A DNA stretch of 62,620 bases, counting the filler, from Malassezia furfur (Eukaryota): the NCBI GenBank assembly GCA_052055015.1. It is 17 parts of 17 records of this genome, joined end to end, with 100 filler letters (N's around TTAATTAATTAA, not from the genome) between each part and the next. Parts side by side here need not be neighbours in the genome. Positions count along the whole stretch, not along the records: positions 51,845 to 55,371 come from JBQJIT010000760.1; positions 55,472 to 58,997 come from JBQJIT010000761.1; positions 59,098 to 62,620 come from JBQJIT010000762.1; 14 more parts are not named here. One strand, given 5' to 3'. The translations under genes were made by a program, and so were the position numbers. The notes under the pieces are model-generated. The model saw only the letters and a program-made list of their open reading frames with translations. It was not told where the DNA came from and did no database searches. Of this stretch, positions 53,896 to 62,620 are shown in pieces. The number at the start of each line of letters is the position of its first letter. The stretch's first letter is position 1.

Positions 53896-55371
53896 ATGAT
53901 GCTGCTCGGTGCTCGGCAGATGGCCCGCCCGCGTGCGGGCCTCGCACACCTCTTTTCCACGTCGGCGCTCGCCACGGACGCTGCCCACAAGGTGGTGGTC
54001 GTCGGTGGCGGCACGGCCGGCCTCACCGTCTCGTCGGAGCTGCTGCGCTCGGGCAAATTCGCCGCGAACGACATCGCGGTCGTCGACCCGAGCCAGTGGC
54101 ACGACTACCAGCCCGGCTGGACGCTCGTTGGTGGCGGCCTGACCGACCGCGAGCGCCTGCGCCGCTCTGAGGCGTCCCTGATTGACCCCAAGATCAAATT
54201 TTACCAGGAGCGCGTCACGTCCTTTGCGCCGGAGCAGAACCAGATCGCGACCGCCTCGGGCGAGAAGCTGACCTACGACCAGCTCATCGTCGCGCCCGGC
54301 TTTGAGATCCGCCTCGATGCGATCAAGGGCCTCCAGGAGGCGCTCGCCAACCCCGCGTCCAAGGTGGCTTCGATTTACACCTACGACACCGTCGACAAGG
54401 TCTACGGCAAGATCAAGGCGCTGCGCGAGGGCCGCGCCATCTTTACGCAGCCCGCCACGCCGATCAAGTGCGCGGGCGCGCCGCAAAAGATCATGTGGCT
54501 CGCGCTCGACACCTGGAAGCGCGCGGGGCTCTTTAAGGCGCACGACCCCAGCTCCCCGATCCAGATCGACTTTGCGACGGGCATGCCGACCATGTTCAGC
54601 GTGCCCAAGTACAGCGAGGTGCTCAACCAGCTGCGCGAGGAGCGCGGCGTCGGCGGCTACTTCAAGCACGACCTCGCCGCGATCGAGGACAACGGCACCA
54701 CCGCCGTGTTCAACGTGCCGGACCAGGCGCCGGTGCGCCTCCCCTTCGACTTCTTGCACGTGACGCCCAAGATGAGCCCGCCCAAGTTCGTCCAGGAGTC
54801 GGCGCTGGCCAACGCCGCGGGCTTTGTGGACGTCGACCAGGGCACGCTGCAGCAGGTCAAGTACAAGAACGTGTGGTCGATCGGCGACGCGAGCTCGCTG
54901 CCGACCAGCAAGACCGCCGCGGCCATCACCGGCCAGGCGCCGGTGCTGGTGCACAACCTGCTCCAGGCCATCGACGGCAAGGCGCCCGACGCGCAGTACG
55001 ACGGGTACACCTCGTGCCCGCTGCTCACCGAGTACGGCAAGGTGCTCCTCGCCGAGTTCCAGTACGGCGCCAAGCCCAAGGAGACCTTCTCCAAGTTTGG
55101 CCTTGACCAGGCCAAGCCGCAGCGCGCCTTCTACTACCTCAAGAAGGACTTCTTCCCGTGGGTGTACTACAACTCGATGGTCAAGGGCACCTGGCAGGGG
55201 CCCAAGGGCTTCAAGTTCGGCACGCGCTCCTTGACGACGCAGGCGCCGGCACACGGCCGCCGCACGCTGCACACGAGCGCCCGCACGCTCCGCAACGCGC
55301 CCGCGCGCCGTCCGCGCGACCCGCTGGATGCCGCCGAAGTCGCGCGCTTCCCGCTGCGCACGGGCGAGACG
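53896..55371 (+). CDS. SQR: Mitochondrial sulfide:quinone oxidoreductase with an open C-terminal extension (possible fusion), truncated
   Basis: VVGGGTAG, YQPGWTLVGGG, IKCAGAPQK, PTSKTAAA, YDGYTSCPL; after the usual end (WQGP) the frame stays open to the contig end. Confidence 0.93.
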
Positions 55372-55471
55372 NNNNNNNNNNNNNNNNNNNNNNNNNNNNN
55401 NNNNNNNNNNNNNNNTTAATTAATTAANNNNNNNNNNNNNNNNNNNNNNNNNNNNNNNNNNNNNNNNNNNN

Positions 55472-55991
55472 CGTGAGGCGCGCCCAGTTGTGCGGGCACG
55501 CCGCCTGGCGCACCGGGCACTGGCGCCGTGCCCGGTGGCATGCTCTGCAGCGGCGGCTGTGCGCCCTGCGCGTGCGGCATGCCCTGCGCGTGGTTCATCT
55601 GGGGCGGTGCCTGCTGTGCGGGTGCGGGCTGCGCCGCGGCGGCGCCCTGCGCCTGGCGACGCTTGTGTTCTGCGTCGTGGACCGCAAGCACGATGCGCGA
55701 GCCGGACTGCAGGCCGTACTCGTACAGCGGCACGCGATCGTCCTTGAGCACCATGCCGCGGTACAGAATCTTGACCTGCTGCACGGGCAGCGAAAAGACC
55801 TGCGCGAGTTCCTGCCGCAGATCGCGGAGAAGGATGCCACCCTGTACCCGCGAGAGCGAGACCTGGTATCTGGATCAGCGCGCGCGCACGTACAGCTGCC
55901 GCTCATACACCACTTCGACCCATTCCACATCGGACCAGCCGTGCGCACTGTTATTATTCCAACGGTTCCACTGATTCGAGAACCAAGACAT
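55472..55991 (-). CDS. Ubiquitin-like domain protein (BAG co-chaperone-like), truncated
   Basis: The 24-nt intron 55870-55893 gives MSWFSNQW...LRDLRQEL...VKILYRGMVLKDDRVPLYEYGLQSGSRIVL; no BAG domain is visible. Confidence 0.7.
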
Positions 55992-56086
55992 TATGGACGT
56001 TCGTTACAGACCGCCCGATCGGCGTGGGTCGCACGGGTCCCCACGTGGCGGAGCGGCGCGCCCCTCCACGCGTGCCCTGGGCGCCG

Positions 56087-57337
56087 CTACTGCGGCGGCA
56101 GCGAAAAGAGCGGCGTGGCCACGGCGTGCGACAGGTTTGCCGGCCGTGGACGTGCGCGCGGCCCCGGCGGCGTCGGCTTGGTCGCGGGCCGCAGCGGGCT
56201 GCGGTGGTGCATGGGCAGCGCCTCGGCGTCCTGGCCCGGCACGCCGCGCGGCGTCTGTGCGTCGTTTTTGCTTTGGTTGTACAGGTAGCTGCGTCAGGGG
56301 AGGGGGGTACGTACAGCCCGAGGAACGTGAGAAAGATGCCGGTCCACTGCACGTAGGTCACATGCTGTCCGAACCAGACCTGGGTAAGCCGCGCCACGTA
56401 CGATCGCCAGCAGGATCACAAACACGCGCTTAAACAGGTTCGCGATGCTGTACGTCACGGGCGAGACGTGCGCCAGCACCTGGAATGCGAGCAGGTTCTG
56501 CGCAAAGTGCACGCCGCCGTTGGCCCAGAGCAGGTACAGTGCCCGTCCGCCGATGCGCGGTGCGTCCGGCTGCATCATGCGCGGCACGTCGTAGTAGAAG
56601 CACATCGGCAACATGAGCACCACTGAGCACACGCTCGAGTAGAACAGGATGTTGATCTTGTCGAGTTTTTCCGGCGTGGCGGTTGACACGCTCGACGACG
56701 GCTTGAGCAGCTTTTTGGAGTAGATGTTTTGCGCGACAAAAATGAACGTGCTGCCGAGCGCCGCGGCGAATCCCACCAAATCGTCGGTGCTGCTCGACAG
56801 CGAGCTGCACGCGAGCACCACGCCCAGCATCAGCGGGATGAGCGAGACGTACGTCCGCAGCGAGTAGGACACGTGGAAGAGGTAGGCGTACGAGAGCACC
56901 GTGAACAGCGGCGAGAGCGCCTTGATCGTGTGCACCATGCTCACCGGCACGCGGCTGATCGCCAGCGAGCTGAGCGCATGACCCACCACGTTGAACACGC
57001 TGATCTGCCCCACCTCGCGGAGCTGCTGCGGTGTCATGCGCACGAGCCGGCGCGACAAGGTATATTCGCCGAGCAGGTGGCGCCGCGTGCCTGCGTAGCA
57101 GTACGCATTCACAAACACAAACTGGATGAGCGTCAGCGTGACCGGGTACGGGAACAGTGCGGGGCTGCGCTCGCCCGTCGGCAGCTTGTGCTTCGAGAGG
57201 AGCCCCTTGCTAGTGTTGGACGAGAGCGCCGACGACAGGTACCACAGCAGGCACAGGCCGACCAGCAGCACCGTCGACGCCGTCGTGTGCGTGTGTGTGT
57301 GCGCCGCCGCCGCGTGCGCGCCGCGTGCGCCCCCCAT
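56087..57337 (-). CDS. Triose-phosphate-transporter family protein (Sly41/SLC35E-like), 3 exons
   Basis: CLLWYLSSALSSNTSK, FPYPVTLTLIQF, VHTIKALSPLFTV, VSPVTYSIANLFKRVFVI; introns 56380-56401 and 56289-56314. Confidence 0.9.
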
Positions 57338-57400
57338 GCCGTGGCTGGTGTGTGCGTCGACGTCCACGGCAGCACGTGGACGTGTGGAGGTGGGTATCTT

Positions 57401-58997
57401 CTATGGACGCTGCAGGAGACGCGCCGTCGCGTCGTGCTCGGTTGCACGCGCCCACCGGTGGACGCGGGCGGGGGCATGCATGCACGCAAAGTAGTTGGAC
57501 AGCTCACGCATGCGTGTGGGTGCGGCCTCGCGCGGCAGGGCGCCGCACGCCGCCCACACCATCGCGCGGCACCGGTGCGGGTCGTCGACCACCGCGGCCC
57601 ACGCGCGGTGCGGGAGGTGCGGCGTGCGCTGCACGGCCTCGGCGAGCACCGGGAGTGCCAGCGCGAGGAACGGCCAGCCCGTAGCGGCGTGCGCGGCGTC
57701 GGGTGCGGCGGCGTGCGGCTGCTTGTCCTGCGCCCAGAGCGCCAGCAGCCGCGCCCAGAGCTTCGGCAGCGTGCGCCCCGCGACGCCGTGCCACAGCCGC
57801 GCCGCGCTGCCATACACGGTGGCGATGCGCAGCAGCTGCAACAGTGCCATGGGGCGCTCGGCGCGGGGGCGCCGGCTGGCGGTCGCAAACAGCGCCAGCA
57901 CCGTGCGCCGCTGCCGCCGGGCGAGGGCCGCGGACGGCGTCGAGGCCGCGAGCCACGCGGTGAGGTGCGCGAGCGCCGCGTCCATCTCGCCGCATACGCC
58001 ATCCAGGCGGATCTCGAGGCTGTCGAGCAGCCCGTCGTCGCCGCGCAGCGCCGAACGCACCGCATGCACACGCCGCCGCATGGCGCCCGTGTGCCGCGCC
58101 GGGACGTGCAGTGCGCGGGCGCGGTGCGTCTGCGCGTGGTATAGTGCCTCGATGGTGTCGAGCTGAACGTGGAGCAGCGTGCTGAGCGACACGCGGTACT
58201 GCGCACAGTGGGCCTCGCTGGCGGTGCACAGCCAGTCAAACAGCCCGTCGAGCATCGTGTGCACCGAGGCGGCGGTGCGTACGAGCGGCGCGCCACGCAA
58301 GCCGGATGCCTGCGCGTGGCGCACGGGCGCTCCGAGCGCGTACACAAGCTCGGCGAGCAGCGTGTCGTCGAGCATGCGCTCGTCGCGCTGCATCTGCTGC
58401 AGGATGCGGTGCATCGCCGTGGGCAGCTCGTGCGGCGACTCGTGCTGCAGCCGGAGGAGCGCGTAGCGGTACGCGTCCACCGGCACGGGTGGCGTGCGCG
58501 CCGCACACACCGCCAGGCCGTCGGCGACGCGCGCCCAGTCGTGTCGGAGCGCGTGGGCGTCGAGCAGGGCGCGCCAGACGCGCGCCGCGTCGCGCGGCTG
58601 GGCGTGCGCGACGAGGTAGCGGTGCAGACGCGCGCGCGTGCGCTGCCAGCCGTGCACGCCTGCGCGCGCCGCGACGTGCACGAGCAGCTCGTCCGGGAGC
58701 TGCGCGTCGGCGGTCCACATGGCACCGAGCAGCTCCGAGAGGAGCACGTCGCGGTGCACGCTGCCCGTTTTCATCCTGAGCACCGCGTTGAGGAGGCGTG
58801 CGTGCACGCTATCGTGTGCGAGCGCCGCGCCGGCGCGCGCGCGCTCGCGGTGCAAGAGGGTATCCTGGACGACGGACGCGCAGAGCGTCTGTGCGTGGTG
58901 CGCCGTGAGGCGCTGCTGCGCGGCCGCGGTGAGCGTGTCTGCGAGCGGGGCCCACGCGGGCGGCGCCACAGTGCACGCGATCCGCCGGCGCCCCACG
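57401..58997 (-). CDS. Hypothetical alpha-helical protein, 5' truncated
   Basis: 531-codon open frame, Ala/Leu-rich and helical, TAG stop; no family recognised. Confidence 0.6.
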
Positions 58998-59097
58998 NNN
59001 NNNNNNNNNNNNNNNNNNNNNNNNNNNNNNNNNNNNNNNNNTTAATTAATTAANNNNNNNNNNNNNNNNNNNNNNNNNNNNNNNNNNNNNNNNNNNN

Positions 59098-61156
59098 CGG
59101 GCGCCGCAAACGGGTCGTCGCCCAGCAGGTCGCCGAGCGCGCCGAGCTGCTGTGCGGCGCCGTGCGCCTGCGTGGCGGCGGCCGCGTCGTCGTCGCCGAG
59201 GTCGAGCAGGTTCTCGCTCTTTTCGCCCTGCGCGACGGTGGCGATCGCGCGCGTGCGCGCGGCCTCGTCGCTGTTGACCGCGAGCGCGGCCTGGAGGCTC
59301 TGTGCGCTCATGCGCCCGTGCCCGATGAACGAGGACGCCGGCTTGTGGTACACGCTCGAGAGCAGCGACAGCTCGTGGATGAGCTCGTTGAGCAGCGCGC
59401 GCGACACGGACGTGGGCGGCAGCGTGATGGGCGGCGGCGGCGCGAGCACGACGCTGCGGGCCGCGTCGCTGTCCGCGCTCGAGAGCAGGCGCCAGTAGAT
59501 GTACGCGCGGTCGCGCAGGTCGGCGTTGTCGCACTCGCGCGTCGCCTTGGTGAGCACGTCCTGGACGATGCGCTGCGCGAGCTCCGAGTCGGGCTTCTTG
59601 AGGAAGAGCTTGACGATCGCGGTGAGCGTCTGGAACTGCACCGCAGGCACGTCGTCGGTGAACTCGGCGAGGCACGCCGCGAGCTGCTCCTCGGCGTTGC
59701 TGATGCGCTCGGCGTACTCGCCGATGATCCAGATGAGCGACGCCTTGGCCTCCGGCTCGTCGATCGCGTCGAGGTTCGCACACAGCGCGGGGATGATGCG
59801 CGTGTACTGGTTGGGGTACTTGCGGAAGATGTCCTTCACGACGACGGTCGCCTCCTGCACGACGTAGCTCACGCGCGAGTTGATCAGCTCGAGCAGCACG
59901 TACACGCAGCGCTCCGCGGCCGCCTCGATCGCGATCGCGCACTGGCCGATCGCGCGGATGGCGCGGCGCACAAAGTCGACGTCGATCTCGGCCGCGTACT
60001 CTTTGAGCTCGCTGAGGAGCATGTCGACGTTGTTCTCCTTGGCGAGCTTGATCATCACGTCGACCTTCTCTGCCTTGACGTACGGCGGGTCGTTGTACTT
60101 GCAGAAGAAGATGCGCAGCTCGTTCGACAGAATCTCGGGGTACTTTTGGAGGATGAGGTTGATGTTGCGCAGCGCGACCCACTGCACCTCGGGCTCGGAC
60201 GAGACGAGCGTCACGAGCGGCGGCGCCATCTTGCGCACGAGCTGCTGCACAAACTCGGGCTTGTGCGTCGCCTCCATGTGCACCAGCACGACCTTGACCG
60301 CGCCCAGCACCACGGCGCCGTTCGCGTGCTGGAACTGCGGCATGATGCGCTCGCAGATGTGCTCGGCCTCGCGCTCGTCCGCGCTGCGGTACGTGCCAAG
60401 CGTGTTGAGGATCACGATGCGGCCCCACTCGGTGCACTCGTTGAGCGCCACGAGCAGCTTCATCAGCACGTCCGAGTCCAGCACAAACACGGGCGAGCCG
60501 CCGATGTGCACGTCCTGCGCGGCCTCGTGGATGTCGTTCAGCGCCGCGACCGCGTTCGCGACGACCATTGGGTTGTTGTCGGCGATCATCGCCTTGACGC
60601 GGTCGACGAACCCGCGCTCGAGCGCCAGCTCCGGCTTCAGGTTGAAGAGCTTCGCGACACAGATCACCGCCGTCTTGCGCACGTACGGGTTGTCGTCGTC
60701 CAGGCACCGCTCCAGCGGGTCCGGCAGGTAGTCGATGATCTTTTCCGCACGCAGGCAGCCCATCGTGCGGATCGCCAGCGCGCGGATGAGCGCATTGGGG
60801 TCCTCGGTGTCTTTGACAAACGTGTTCACGGCGAGGATCACAAGCTCCGGCTGCGTCTTCGCGTAGTTCATCAGGTAGAGGTACACGAGCTTCTTCTGCT
60901 CGAGGTCCTCGGTCTGCATGTTTTTGAGCACGTCGGGGAAGAGCGCCGAGACGTCCTTGCCGACGGTCATGTTGGCGATCACGCGCTTGATGCCATCCTT
61001 GCGCTTGTCGCGGTACTCGCTGTTCACTGGGGTCAGTGGGGAAAAAAAAACATACGGTCTGCACGCAGCTCAAAGGTCTCGCCTGGCGTTAGTGGCGCGT
61101 GCGCGCGCGCGCGACGTACCTTTGCGCTGCGCCCCGAAGAACCCCGGTCGGCTCAT
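59098..61156 (-). CDS. APL2: AP-1 complex beta-adaptin, 3' truncated
   Basis: Introns 61083-61119 and 61027-61055 give [50 protein letters not shown]; also [13 protein letters not shown]. Confidence 0.9.
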
Positions 61157-61241
61157 CGCGGCGGGTGGAGGAAGGAGCGCTGCACCACACGCGCGTCGAG
61201 CCCATTATAGGCGCCGGAGCGCGTGCACATCTCGCTTTGCC

Positions 61242-62428
<1,187 letters not shown>

Positions 62429-62441
62429 TGTACAGTAGCGG

Positions 62442-62620
62442 CTACGAGGACCACGCGGCCACAAGGTGCGCCACGAGCGCCGCGTCGTGCGGCCACAGGC
62501 GGCGCAGCACCGCCGCGCCGAGCGCCGCGCCGGTGCGCGCGTAGTGGGCGCGGAGCGCGCAGAGCGTCGCGTACGGCGGCGCGCCGAGCTGCGCAAGGAC
62601 GTGCGCGCCCGCGGGCGACA
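62442..62620 (-). CDS. 3' end of an unidentified protein
   Basis: Open frame ...VLRRLWPHDAALVAHLVAAWSS-TAG, convergent with DIM1. Confidence 0.4.
   Translation of the reverse strand, partial: SPAGAHVLAQLGAPPYATLCALRAHYARTGAALGAAVLRRLWPHDAALVAHLVAAWSS

Noticed and set aside
951..61210. Many long antisense or alternative-frame ORFs (e.g. 951-3380, 15930-18374, 27406-29772, 59162-61210)
   Set aside because: Shadow ORFs caused by high GC and codon bias; Arg/Ala-rich, without motifs, and overlapping well-identified genes.

Overview
This window is eukaryotic, not prokaryotic: a very GC-rich (about 70% by eye), extremely compact fungal genome, most consistent with a Malassezia-like basidiomycete yeast (inferred from gene content, density and intron style). 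It is not one locus. It is 17 short contigs in strictly decreasing length order (3646 to 3523 nt), joined by artificial 100-nt linkers (N44-TTAATTAATTAA-N44), so neighbourhood across linkers means nothing and many genes are truncated. I can support about 45 housekeeping CDSs, one intron-containing tRNA-Pro(UGG) and one intron-encoded box C/D snoRNA (snR62/U34-like). Highlights: (1) 43 reconstructed spliceosomal introns, 37 of them only 21-32 nt; the longest (208 nt, SmD1) is closed by a perfect 12-bp stem that leaves 23 unpaired nt, suggesting a fixed-length splicing ruler met by RNA folding. (2) A sulfide:quinone oxidoreductase ORF continues without a stop through a second mitochondrial-presequence-like segment into another protein (possibly mL58/Mrpl20), a candidate MPP-cleaved polyprotein. 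(3) A snoRNA host gene lies head-to-head with RRP40. (4) A (GT)CACGTG(AC) element recurs in very short promoters. (5) Convergent genes overlap or share a CTAG stop, and TAG is strongly preferred as stop codon. All family calls come from motif recognition by eye; no searches were run.
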